DNA of 64,000 bases. Source: Amoebophrya sp. A120. Its lineage: Eukaryota > Protista > Dinoflagellata. Position numbers and translations under genes: made by a program. The notes under the pieces are model-generated. The model saw only the letters and a program-made list of their open reading frames with translations, had not been told where the DNA came from and searched no databases. Shown here piece by piece: positions 1-11,934 of this stretch. The DNA lies in the NCBI GenBank assembly GCA_905178155.1, contig CAJINV010000009.1, forward strand, positions 1,299,907 through 1,363,906, given 5' to 3'. Position 1 is the stretch's first letter; every line of letters starts with the position of its first letter.

Positions 1-249
1 CTTCCAGATCAGATGCCGTTTGCAGTTTATGCCAAGTTACGTCGCGCTGCCCCGTGCGCTGCTTCCCCGCCCCAGACTGTGAACTCTGTGAAAATTGCTC
101 TTTCTAGCGCAAGTTTGCGATGTCAAACCGAGCGGGCGAAGCTATTCGAGTCTCGTACTAGTGCTATAGCTATTAGCTCCACACCGGCCAATATAGTGGC
201 ATTAGTGTTCTAACGGTAACAATTTCAATTATGGAAACTTAATACGAAC

Positions 250-3200
250 CTGCCCCCTGCTGTCCGTGGCACCGTAGCAGAGCCGGGCTCATGTACAGTG
301 AAATCTCCGAAAATGCCGTATATGTCTGCAAGGCAAATGGCTCTGCGAGGTCGTCCGAAGAAACTCGCGTCGCAACCCTCTGCCCTAAAATCACCGAATA
401 AAACGGAAATTTCAGATTCTGGTCCTGCGCTGTCCCACTTGTTCTCTCAAGAAGATAGCCTGCCGATCCGTCGACATCGTGCTTGTCCACAATCGATGCA
501 CGAGAAAAATCAAAAAGACGTGGCGCCGTCCAGTCAACTTTAACCTCCGCTGCCGCTGGTGTCGTTTCTGCATCAGTCGTCTTGGTTGCAGAGGTAAAGC
601 CGATATTATGCGGTGCCCATTCATTGAACACCACACCAGCCGACATCAGGCTCTTCGCACACAACGCGAGGGCATTCATCAGGTTGCTTCCTGTCTTGAC
701 TGCCTCGGTCGCAGAAGGATACCTTGATGCTTCAAACAGATTCTCGTTCTCCACGAAAACCTGAATCAGTATCTTTCGCGAATGGTTCTCATAGCTCACA
801 CCAACATGGTGCAAGTTTGCAACGCAATCGATCGGCGAGGACAAAAAGTGAACCAGAGCAACCTCGGCAGCGCTCGCTAAACACCGCACGTACTCAAGCT
901 GGCCTTTCTCGGTCTCGCCGGACTCTGGTGCGCGGCACAGACGAGCGGTCCGGGGTGTGAAAGCAGGAGTACTTTGGTATATCGGAGCACCGATGTCCCA
1001 AATCTTTGTTTTGAGCAACTCGTACAGTTTTTCCGCAACGTTCGCTACACCAATATTGTTGCACTCTCGCAGATTCTCAGGCTTGCCCTTTAATTCATGC
1101 TCGCAAAAGCTCCGCGTCAGCTGCAGAAGCGTTTCGGGTGCTCCGCCAAAGGCCGGAGAGGATGTTGCTACCCGGGTGATTGCTTCTCCCATCAGATTAA
1201 GAAACTCCGTTTGAGCTGCTGCGGAAGGTGACGCAGGTTGATGCTCCTTCCCAGGATTCGCACCAGCCTTCTCCCCCAAGGTGCGAAGCTCGTCAAGATC
1301 AGAAATGGACACAAGTTGAGGGGCGAAGCCAGACGCTAGTATCTTGGCCATTATTCCCGAAATCCTCTCCGACATGTTTGCGTCTGCGAACGCAGTGGCA
1401 ATCGATTTTCCCAATGCTTCTGCTGTCCACTCCTCGGGCTTCCCAACATTCCCGCACATCTCGAGAGAGTAAATATCATTCGATTTCCCGGAATCAAATA
1501 ACCTTTGCAGCTTGACATTGATCTCAGCTTTATTTCCAAATAATAGTTCCAGCAGCGTCGCCACCATGCCGTACCAGTCCGACTTTGGGCCGTACAGGGT
1601 CTCCGCATGCTCAGGGTAAGGCTCTCGGCCGCTTGGACGACCTAAATTGTGTATTTCGGAGTGGGTTAGGAGCTCGCGGAGTGATTTGGCACTCTGTGTA
1701 AAACCTACTTTTCTGCAGAATGCGAGCGCTTGTACACCCTTATATGGGTCTTCTGATTCTTTTGCAAGCATTGAAAAGAAAAGCTTGCGAACCTGTTTCA
1801 TATTTGTTTCCGCTAGCTCCAGGTACATTTCCGTGGCACCGTAAAAGAGCAGGACTCGTGTAACGCGTTTCTGCCGGGAGAGTCTGAGGCGTCTGCAGCG
1901 CATGTGGATACGCTGCAGCTTTAGTGCGTACACGCGTCGCAACTCTCTGGCCTAATACGACCGAAAAAAAAAAGACTTGTTTTGGTTGTAGCTGCCCGTC
2001 TGCCATAAGCACTCTCGTCGAACTTGTGTACTTCGGTGGGAAGTCGTAAAAGTCCACGATCGAAGCTCCCGTGAAATCGAAGAGGCGAGGCCTTGTCAAA
2101 TCAACTGTCCCGCTCGTGTCCGACCCGAGAAAGCCAATATTTTCGGGCGCCCATTTATTATACACCACGCCAGCTTCCATCAGCGAACGGGCGCACCACG
2201 AAAGCTTTGAAACGAGGACGAGCTCTCTCTGAGGCGAAGTATTTCGTAGATTTGTCATGGTCTGCTGTGCATGACCTGCAAAAGTATATTTCGTTTTCTT
2301 CGTCTTCTTGTCCACGGCCTCAGTCACCTTGTCCATGAAGAGGCGAAATTCCATCCCGGTCACAGCACCCTGATCATCTCTTTCTTCCTTCACCGCAACA
2401 TGATGCAGGGTTGCGACGCACCCAATGTGAGAAGACAAAAAGTGAATCAGTACACCTTCGGCAAAACTCTGGACACACCCTTGGAGCGCGCCTATTTCGC
2501 TTTCGCTAGCTGCTTCAGACCCATGTTCCGGTGCTGGCACATCGCACCTGCCGACGACACGGTACGGGGCGCCGCTGCTTTGTCCCTTCGAAGCATCAGC
2601 TGAAATCTTGTTTCCGAGCCAACCGAGCAGCTTCTTCGAGGCCGCGCCCGCGTCCATTCTTTGAATCTGGTCACATTCATCTGCAGGCATTTGGCCCTCC
2701 TGCTTCAAATGGTGACAGAACAACCACGTGAGCTGCAGAAGCGTTTTCGGTGCTCCACCCGCAGCCAGGTTCAGCTGTGCTAGGTTCTCGATGGACGTCT
2801 CTATAGAATGAAAAAACACGTCACGAGAAAATGATCGACGATAATCCGAAACATATTCAGCAGATGAACGGGCCGCCGCTCGTTCCAAAAAATCGTGGGC
2901 CGCGTTCGCGTACTTCTGATCTGATGACGAAGTCCTGCTCCCAGCGTCTGCCATGACATTCTCGCCTCGCGAAAGGCTACCAGGTATGCTCGAGTCAATG
3001 TTACGCAGCAGCGAATTGGTAATGGCTTCCGCACCTTCGTCCAATTTCGACAACTTTGTTGCTACGATGGCGCCGTCGAGATTTGGCGAGCGGTCGCTTG
3101 TCGCGGAGCTCCCTCTTTTTTCAGCTTCCAGAAAGGTCATGCTTGCGCTCGCGTCCTTGGATTGTGCCACATCTTTCGTTGCGAGACCCAGGCCTTCCCT

Positions 3201-3752
3201 ACTTCCGAAAGATGCGTCTCCAATTGCGACCTTGAAAGGTGTGTTCTCCCCCTCCTCCTCCTCCTCGAAGTCCTCCTCATCCTCGTCACCCGCACCGTTC
3301 CACCACACCAACGCAGCCCCCAGCCGGTCCATGGCGTCCGGCTGTCGCGGTCCGATCCCGTTGAACCCGAGAAACTTCCGCTCGCGGGCCTGCGTCAACT
3401 GCAACGGCGTTAACGACATGAGTTGCGCGGCAGCCAAGAGCCCCACGGTTCCCTTCAAGAACAATTTGCGCTTAAACGGAAAAACAGATTTAAACCCTTC
3501 CAGCAGCTCTTTACCGCGCGCAATCGACGGAGGAAACTTCGGAAAAAAACGCATCCACGTTCTCGCTTTCTGCAGCAGGCGTCTCAGCTGCCGGTGGCAT
3601 TTTCGCCGTTCTTGTTGCTCGCGCAACTTCGCTCGCACCTGCGCTTCCCGCATCTGCTTCTCCGTTTTCACCTTCGCGACCAGCGTGCGGGGCTTCGTGG
3701 TCGCTGGCGGGACGGTTTCGCCGGGCGGGGGAGTTTCGTTCGTGTTTGTCAT
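250..3752 (-). CDS. Tandem two-domain divergent protein kinase-like (probable pseudokinase); exons 3752-1793 and 1641-250, continues past a further intron toward or beyond the window start
   Basis: ORFs 1740..3752 and 239..1942 join in frame through a GT-AG intron at 1792-1642 (ACA G|gttcgc...atttag|GT CGT). Kinase-like motifs are GVVYNKWAPENIGF / PRLFDFT / YTSPALL / KSDWYGMVATLLELL in domain 1 and GVVFNEWAPHNIGF / PRLFDFS / YMSPALL in domain 2. Confidence 0.7.
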
Positions 3753-3919
3753 GGTTTTTCTGGTGTGTGGGAGAAGCTGTTTATTTTCTCTGGCGTGATA
3801 TTGGTAGTGATTTGGACCAACTTTTTATCGGCCAAGAAAATCGAAAAAAAATCCGGTGGCGCGGCGAAACTGTAGAGGCCAGAGCCAACCAACGTAAGGG
3901 GGGCGATTCCCGATTCCCG

Positions 3920-4545
3920 AATTTTGCATTGCTCAAAATCGATTTTGCATTCCCGCAGACGCGGATTGCACAAAATCGATTTTGCATTGCACGAAACCGA
4001 ATCCCGCAAAATCGATTTTGCATTGCACAAAATCGATTTTGTATTGCACAGCATCGATTTTGCGTTGCACAAAACCGAATCCCGATTTTGCAGTGCACAA
4101 AATCGATTTTGCATTGCACAAAACCGAAAGCAGCAAAATCGATCTTGCATTGCACAGAAACGATTTTGCATTGCACAAAACCGAATCCCGATTTTGCATT
4201 GCACAAAATGGATTCTGCATTCCCGCAGACGCGGATTGCACAAAATCGATTTTGCATTGCACAAAACCGAATCCCGCAAAATCGATTTTGCATTGCACAA
4301 AATCGATCTTGCATTGCACAAAATCGATTTTGCACTGCACAAAATCGATTTTGCTCTGCACAAAACCGAATCCCGATTCTGCATTGCACAAAACCGAATC
4401 CCGCAAAATCGATTTTGCATTGCACAAAATCGATTTTGCATGGCACACAACGCAGATTGCACAAAATCGAAGCCGCAGACGCGGATTGCACAAAACCCCT
4501 CCTCCAGACGCGCAATCCCGCAGATTGCACAAAATCGATTTTCCA
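3920..4545. repeat. 21-bp quasi-palindromic minisatellite (TTGCACAAAATCGATTTTGCA and variants)
   Basis: Tandem copies are directly visible and give 7-aa periodic translations (QNRFCIA, KIDFALH) in all six frames. Confidence 0.95.
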
Positions 4546-5099
4546 TTCCCCCAGAACGCAGCGCCGACCACAAGGCCGGTTTTGAGCTGACCACAGGTGG
4601 TTCGATGTTGTGGGTCGCGCAAGGGCTGTTGAAGGCCACACAATCGCCCGACCACACAAAATCGATTTCGCAGCTTCCCAGGTCCGACAGAATCGAGCGG
4701 CCGCGTGGCTCAATATCGAGGCGGTGCGCCACGCAATCCGCCGGGCCGACGGACTAGGGGGGAGAGCTTCCAGCTATGCGCTTTAGCGGATCTCCCACAA
4801 AATCGATTTTGTGCGTCCGCCCTTTCTTCGCGGATGCAGTCTCCCACGCCAATGCCTTACCAACCCCCGTCCCAGCCCGCGCCCTCAGAGGTACGGGCAA
4901 CGGGCCCTACCGGCCACAAAGTCGATTCTGCAACCCCTCAACCCTATGGACAACGTCGGCACCTTGCCGGACATTAGATTTTCCGGAGAGATCTGGACTT
5001 CCGGAAAGATCTCGGGAGATCGCTGCGGTCCGGATTTTCCGACTTCCGGAAAATAGAGCTTCCGAGAAAATAGCAGAAAATCGATTTTGTGCCTCCATT

Positions 5100-5541
5100 A
5101 CTATTCAATAGTAGCGAGATCGGACTAAACCTGGTCCATACCATCGGCGGAGGCAGTTGCTTACTATCCAGTTGGTAAGCTGCTGCCAAAAATCCAAAAA
5201 AAATCCGAAGGCAGTCGCGCTCGAGGTGTCGCGCGCAAAAATCCGCGTTGTTTTGTGTTGCGTCCCGAGCAAAATAATAATTACTATTGAATAGTAACCA
5301 ACTGCCTCCGCCGATGGTATGGACCAGGTTTGGTCCGTCTCCGTTACTATTGAATAGTAACTCGCGCGCACTTTTGGCGCATTTTTGGCGCACACTCGGG
5401 CGCACTTTTGGCACACAGAAAATCGACTTTGAAGCGCCTCCGAATCTCTTGAAAGTGCAAGCGTTCGGATTTTTGGCAGCAGATTACCAACTGGATAGTA
5501 AGCAACTGCCTCCGCCGATGGTATGGACCAGGTTTGGTCCG
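5100..5541. repeat. Internal ~75-bp repeat, one forward and two inverted copies
   Basis: cctggtccataccatcggcggaggcagttg at ~5130 recurs as caactgcctccgccgatggtatggaccagg at ~5299 and ~5503. Confidence 0.85.
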
Positions 5542-7884
5542 TTCTCCTTAGCAATGAAGCAGAAAATCGATTTTCCGAGTCGATTTTCGATTTCGAGGAC
5601 TTGCTGATGTCCCGATCTCGATTTTCGATTTCGGAAAATTCCGGATTTTTCGCAAACTCCGGACTTTTCGAAATTTCCGGAATTTCCGGAACCCGGAAAA
5701 TCGATTTTTCGGCAGTCCCGGAAAGTCCAAGCAACGCGCGGACTTCCGGAAAACTTGCTCCTCTGGATTTTCAGGAAGTTGGAAAATCGATTTTGGCAAA
5801 CAGCCGGACAGCCACCTGCCTTACCCACATAGCAGGCCCGCGCCACCTCTTTTGCCCGCACCACCACTGACGCGGACATCGCACAAGGAGCGGTCCAACA
5901 AAATCGATTTTGCACGCCTCGGGTGATTGAACCCGCAGACGATTCTGCGAGCCTGAAATAACTAAAATCCCCGACTCTGCGCCCCATCAAGCGCCCAGCG
6001 GCTGTCGAGGACTGAGCCGCGGCACCCACCGAGGGCTGTCTGTTTACAAAATCGATTTTGCGACCCCCGCGCCAGCCGAGAGCCTGTTCCTGGCGCCTCT
6101 ACGGAGCTCAGAACACGCAGACGGGGCCCATGCCGCTCCCGCGGCTTTTCAGAACTTGGGCCCGGATGTAAGTCACAAGCTCGGGCGTTTTTCATTGCTT
6201 TCTACGCTGGGCCAACGCGATGAATGTGCGGAACTTCATCGGGGCGCAAGTTCTGGAATTCGCGATCATCCCTAAGCCTGTAGCGTGCGAGCGAAACATC
6301 GATCCAAGGCGGGCAGAGGCCCGTCCTCTGCGACTTCGCCCCACGCAATCAATTTTGCAGCTTTTGCCGGATTTTCCGGCTTTTGTGTTGGTAAAATCGA
6401 TTTTGCGACCACGCGCGGATTGTGTGGCCCCGCCCGAGGATAGGGCATCTTCGAAAAGCGTGCCCGAAGGGTGCGCACAAAATCGAATCTGTCCGCGGGT
6501 ACTCACAAAATCGATTTTGTGAGCACCGCCCGCCGGGCGGAACATGACAACCCGGCGCCCCCAACCCGGCTGCGGGAATCTTTCTGGCAGCCCGGACGCT
6601 CCAGGGTGGGGCCTAACGCCTCAGGACACCGGCAAAAACTGCCGGGAGACCGAGTTGGCGCATTCTCGAGCTTCGAGAACGCGGGCAACCGACTTCGCTT
6701 CGCGCTACTTTGCTTCGCTTGTGGACGTTAGCAGCCGCGGCACAAAGTCGATTTTTTGCGGCGTGCCTGGATTTTTTGCGGATTTTTTTCCGATTTTCTT
6801 AACATTTTTGAAGTCGGTCCAAATCAGTACTAAGTGATAAACGGAATGCTTAACTGACAAGACGATTGAAAAGAAAAGCAAGGTGAAGCAAGCTTTGAAA
6901 CAAAGTTAACAAGTGTTGAATTCAAATAAAAGAAAGCAATTACTTAAACCGGGGGAAACTCGTGAATCTACCTCATGGAGGAGGCTTTTCACTGAAGGGA
7001 GTACGGAGATCAAATCAACTTACGAATCAATGAGAAACTGCACAGCAGCAGACGACAACAAGTTTCATCTGTCGGACCATACACAGGTTGATAAGGAAGA
7101 GTACGACCCATAAAGCACGATTTTGAACGATCACAGAACGATGATACAGCTTGCGCACGAAAACCGAGGTTCAGGACATGCTGCGTACGATCGGAAAGGA
7201 GAAATGTTCAAAACCGAGATATTGTTGAGGAAAACGAGACACCGACAGTCTGACGTGACGATGCAGCAGTAGAAGACGGCTGTTTTTGTATTGTCCTTAA
7301 AGAGGCGCTTGTGGGAGGACTCACATTTCGCACTCACGCAGCCTTTTCCAAAACAAACGCTCATCGCGGAACAGCGACAGTAGCGCTATCATGGGATCAT
7401 CCAACAAGTTCATCGTTGACGCGAAGTTCAGAAAACGCTGACTACTTCATCTGCAGAAGCGATACATCGAATTAGGTTGCATCCGCACAAAAGCAATTTC
7501 TTCCCCGAGTGGCGAGTGCCATGTTTTCTCACAGTCGGCACTGACTCCAGGTCTGCAGGTCCTCGGCGGTTATGTTCGCAAGGAGATTGTCATGTTTGTA
7601 TTGCGCCGCGTGCATCCCGTGGAGCACATTATACCGGTTTGGTCCCCGCGCCGACATCACCCCGCAGCACGAGTTCGGAAAACGGGTTCTTATCAGCGTC
7701 GCAATCTGGAACAGAAACAAAAACCCCACGCTGCTGAGCAAACCGCCAAGGGAGTAGCTGTTGGATCGTGGTTTGGTTCGGTCGTTCCGAATGCGGCACA
7801 GAGGAAACAGCTGCTCAGCGAGTCTCTTCAACCAAACTGCCTACCGCTATAGCATTCAAAAACGAGTTCGCGAAAAAAAACGTA

Positions 7885-8142
7885 CTAAAAAACGAGCTGG
7901 CTCGTGATTGCGTCCGCCGACACGGTGCTCGTCGTTTCGTCCAACTGTGCGAGGTCGAGGGCTCTTGCTGGTCCCAGTGGCGTTGATTCTGCCACCGTAC
8001 TTGCCGGCTGTTCTGTGTGTGGTTGCGCAGCTTGCGACCCCTTCCGCTTGAAGTACCCGAGCATCTCCGACCCATCAAAAGCGTCGGCAACCGCGGCCGA
8101 AAGCGCAAGCAAGACCAGAGGCAGCAGTGTCAATGCCGTCAT
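7885..8142 (-). CDS. Probable first exon of a secreted protein
   Basis: MTALTLLPLVLLALSAAVADA resembles a signal peptide; downstream exons were not resolved. Confidence 0.4.
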   Translation of the reverse strand: MTALTLLPLVLLALSAAVADAFDGSEMLGYFKRKGSQAAQPHTEQPASTVAESTPLGPARALDLAQLDETTSTVSADAITSQLVF

Positions 8143-8957
8143 GTCGTTGAGCACCTTGGTGCAGTAGGAAGTGCGCTTACAAAACCAATACTAAGAATCC
8201 TCATCGATCACTCTCAGGACTCGCTTAAAGGAAGATAAAGACGACACACCAAGATAGACGCTGATACCGCTCGTCTCTCCTTAGTGCTGCTGTTGCAGAG
8301 AGTTCGCACTCTCATTGCCAGCGCACTTGTAGATGAAGAGAAGTTTTCTGCTACCTAATACGTTTTTCTTCACATCGCGCTGCGCGATTGATATCATCTT
8401 GTTGTAGTCAAACGCTGAAACCAAACAAAAAGGCCCGAATCTTGGCCGGACCGGTGATTGCCATGGGGTCGATTGTCCAGTAGGAAAATATTGCTTCTTT
8501 GCTTTTGAAGACATGTGACACAGCAAATAACTTCTGTTTCGTGGTCATACGTTTTATGTCGATGAGTCATACGTTTGTTTCCCTAGATTTTTGATATGAG
8601 CTATTCCTTAATCCTTAATCTTCCTTTAGGCATCCTTACGTATCCATAGGAGTAGTCAAAGCAGTTTAAATGAAGCAGCTGGCATAGTGGCTTCGCTTTA
8701 GCTTTTGGTACAGCCACAATTCACGATGTTTCCCAGATTTTTGAAAAAGTCAGTTTTGTGTGCATCAGAACCGCCTAGTTGCAGCAATTTCCCGAAATCT
8801 TAAAATCATTAGGTGTGCTAGCCATTCATTATGTTTTCGCGTCCTATCCGACGCTGCACTCCTACTCGCGCGCGAGCGCCGTGCCTATTCATAGCGGAGG
8901 TGCAGCACACAGGAAGATGACATCGGATGGTTTGCTTTTTTAAGTAATGCCACTGAC

Positions 8958-11338
8958 TTAGGAACTTTCGACACCGAACCACGTCTTGAACCGCGGCATG
9001 AGCACCGGAAGTATGGAAACGAAGAAAACCTGTCACCCCTGGTTCGCAAGCTTTGCTGTTCGACGCTAAGGCTGCAGCGGTCATCGTCGACTTTTTGCAT
9101 ACGATCATTCACGCTCTTGTGTAGTAATGTTTGAGATACTTAAGTTTGTACGTCTGCGTTTCATTCTCTATTTTTTTTCCCACCTCATGGCTGTACAGAT
9201 TTTAGCTGAAACCACAGCGGAGTGGCAGACCTCCAGCTCCAGATGCAGAAACATGTAAAAATGCTGCACGAACAGCGCTTGCAGAGCCAATTTCTGCACC
9301 AGAGGGACGGTTGTTTTACCCGATACCGAGCAACGCCCCGCTTCCACCAAGATGCACCGCTTTTACGTGTACGCCAGCGTAGAGTCCCGCCATAAAACCG
9401 CGCTCAGCTGGTAGTTGTTTTTGTCCATTTCGAGAAAATAGGAATACGTGGGTAGTTCAGTACTACAATGCTATGCACCATTCATGCCACTAAGCAACGG
9501 TACAAACATCAGGGTCAAAGTATACAGGCAATCTGTCCGGCTTTTGCGACGAATCCGGGAACGTTTATGTTGTCTGCCCATGTGGTCACTGCGCCTTTCG
9601 GATCGAACGTGGCCGTATGTCCAATTGAAAACAATCCCCGGTGTGAGCAACACTGGCTCAAAGCTGAGTGTGATACTCAAGTGCTGGTTCTTGCATTGCC
9701 AAAATATAACTTATGGTGCCCCACAAATCAGTCGCCTTCATGGCCATTCGGCAATGGCAATGCTTCAGTTCTTCGTGCCTCCAATAGCTTTAGCAACGAA
9801 CTGCAACTCCAGTCATAAAGTGCCGTCAAGGGAAGATGCTTTCAGTTTCATACCGCGATGGCTTCCTTCTGGATGATCGTTCTCGTCACGTCGCACCAGC
9901 AATTCAGCATGACGCCGAACATACCGGCCCCGAATCCACCTGATAGATTATGCAGAGGCCGTGAAATAAAGATGTTGCATTTTTTTGCATTCGGTTTAGA
10001 GTTGAAAAGAGGACACATGCAATCTTTCACGTACCAATCACGTCGCTCATGATTCCCTTCCCGAACACCGATTGCGCTGCTCCGGAGAAGACGTCGCGAA
10101 TTATCCCGTTGAAAATAATTTCCACTTGATCGCAACTCACATCACCATCTTTGTGCGGTGTAGCGCTTATTTCGACGCTTCAAAAGCGCTAGCGCCAGGT
10201 GGCAAAGTAAGTACTATCTTGCTTTGCTGGGCCGAGAACGAATGTCCAAGAAATCATTTTCACCTTCGTAAAAGAAGCAAAGAAACCGCCGGTCCATGCG
10301 GCCTGACGGACCTGCATCTATAGATTGCAAAAGTGTCTGGGTCTGGAAGATTGCAACTTGTCATGCTAATTCCGAATGATGCAAAAATCTGTGTTGCATG
10401 AGTGCCAAAAGCTGTCCACTTTCGACCAATTTGGGAGGCAGTTTCTCACTCAGGATAGGCAGGATAGAACTCTCAGAGAATCTGTCATGCTATGTCCTAC
10501 ATACCAGACCTCATGGGTCATGGAAAACCTGCATTACAAGTCTGGCACTCTTCCAGACCCAGACACTTTTGCAGTTGATAGCATCCCTGCGTAGCCGATG
10601 TAGAGCCCCGCCGAACCGCGGGTCTTGTACAGATGGCTTGCAACAGAGGACATACCTGGGTGTGGATTATGGAATGCACACGGTCGAAAGATGGATCTGC
10701 AGAGTCGTGATAAGATTTTTCCAATTCCAGTCGTCAATACTTCACTGCTACCCGCAGTACACAACCGCGCAGAACCACGTCTACAAGAAATGTCAAACAG
10801 CAGCAGAAATACCATTGAATCGTTTTTCCTTGTCGAGCTGCTCGGCCAACTTAATGTTCTCGATGGGACTAATAATCACTACTTCGGGCACGGTGGCCAG
10901 CATACCCGCGACGCCCTTGGTCAGTGGCGTGCCGTCCTTTTGCTTGCGCCCGAAGACACCCTCGTGTGCGATGGGCTGCACCCAAAATTTCACCACTCGG
11001 GAAAAGGTGCCCCTGGTCAGCTCCGCGACCATACCCTGCTTCGCGAAACCAGCAACTCCGTGGGTCTTCAAAAAACCAGAAATTGCTTCGCCCGCTCCGA
11101 CGCCTGCGTTAGGATTGTTTCTATGATATCATGTGATCACCAGAAGCAATTCTTATCATACTTACGTGGTCGTTCATGGCAGTCGCGCGAAACTTGAAAC
11201 AGATCTCTTACCTGGATTCGCCATCACCAAGGCACGACAGACGTCTACGGGGTACATTGTAACGGCCACGGTGGCCGCACCCGCGGTCACCGGAGCCAGG
11301 GTGGCCAAGGCGCCACTCTTTTTCGGCGGAGCTGACAT
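8958..11338 (-). CDS. Mitochondrial carrier family (SLC25) protein, multi-exon
   Basis: Three carrier repeats are recoverable: MYPVDVCRA, ISPIENIKL and NCWCDVTRT, with GLYIGYAGMQVRQAAWTGGFF, GLYAGVHVKAVHLGGSGALL and C-terminus VLMPRFKTWFGVESS*. Introns are a mix of GT-AG (e.g. 11104-11211) and TIR-type. Confidence 0.85.
9012..9325. mobile_element. Degenerate TIR-type non-canonical intron in the carrier gene
   Basis: TAT...ATA ends and a weak TIR (aacc(t)gtc..cc.ctgg). Removing the element plus 5 nt joins GSGALL to VLMPRF in frame. Confidence 0.5.
9616..9852. mobile_element. Degenerate TIR-type non-canonical intron in the carrier gene
   Basis: TATG...CATA ends and a 3-nt direct repeat CGG. 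Removal gives KEAIA-ATFDPKG. Confidence 0.45.
10102..10270. mobile_element. Degenerate TIR-type non-canonical intron in the carrier gene
   Basis: The ends tacgaaggtgaaaatgatttc and tatcccgttgaaaataatttc form an inverted pair. Removing the element plus 5 nt gives GGFFASFDVFSG in frame. Confidence 0.55.
10319..10580. mobile_element. Introner/MITE family A, copy 1 (262 bp), TSD GCATC
   Basis: TIR tat...tgcaaaagtgtctgggtctggaaga. GCATC lies at 10314-10318 and 10581-10585. Removal restores GYAGM-QVRQAAW on the minus strand. Confidence 0.93.
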
Positions 11339-11934
11339 TCTGTCTGAGGTAGAGTAGATCAACAAAACTCGGCGCTTATGCGGTCTCACGTCCGCCCGAG
11401 GTTAAACTTAACTTCGTCGAGAAGCGTTCCGACAGAGCTCTGGGGACAAGAGCCGCACGAAAGACAGAGAGGGGTCCTGTGAGCGGCAGGACGCGAACAA
11501 GAGCTTCCTTTGTAGTAAAACACATGCGCGCAGTGGAAAAAACCAAGGAAAAAACAATGCAAACCTGCGCCTGATGCTGATTAACCCTCGAAAGAAAATA
11601 ATGCTATCTCTCTTCAGTCAATGGCTGCGTTCTGCAGAACAGGACTATCACACTCACGCTCGAGTAAAAAAATGCAGTTTGTGAGAAGATCGCTCAGAGG
11701 CCTTGATGCTGCTGGAAACGACCAATGCAGCCCGTCGTCCGGGAACATGTTCACTTATGCGGTGCGACAGGCTTCGCCCTAAACTGGGGCGAGGGATTTT
11801 TATCTAAAAGAGGACAAGCACAATTACTCATACTTTCATAAAAACACAGCTTCAAACTTTCGTTTTCTTGGTCCGTAGCCATACGCGTTGATATTTCCTC
11901 GCACACTGGTCAGATGGGTTTTTGGATCCCTTAC

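Larger units (their letters stand above)
3801..6833. mobile_element. Non-autonomous DNA transposon-like element, 3033 bp, ~55-bp imperfect TIRs, 6-bp TSD GTGATA
   Basis: The left end ttggtagtgatttggaccaactt...aagaaaatcgaaaaaaaatccg matches the reverse complement of the right end, ttagtactgatttggaccgactt...aagaaaatcggaaaaaaatccg, with equal spacing. GTGATA lies at 3795-3800 and 6834-6839. Confidence 0.85.

Noticed and set aside
1740-1942. Apparent frameshift or pseudogene between the two kinase-like ORFs
   Set aside because: A canonical in-frame GT-AG intron at 1642-1792 explains it.
3920-4545. CRISPR-like palindromic repeats
   Set aside because: There are no unique spacers or cas genes, and the context is eukaryotic.
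3746-4757. Six overlapping 200-330-aa ORFs with Cys-rich 7-aa repeats
   Set aside because: They are an artefact of a stop-free 21-bp quasi-palindromic minisatellite inside a TIR element.
11872-11882. TCCGTAGCCAT, matching the 5' half of the dinoflagellate spliced leader
   Set aside because: Only 11 nt match, it is antisense to the local genes, and the TTTGGCTCAAG continuation is absent.
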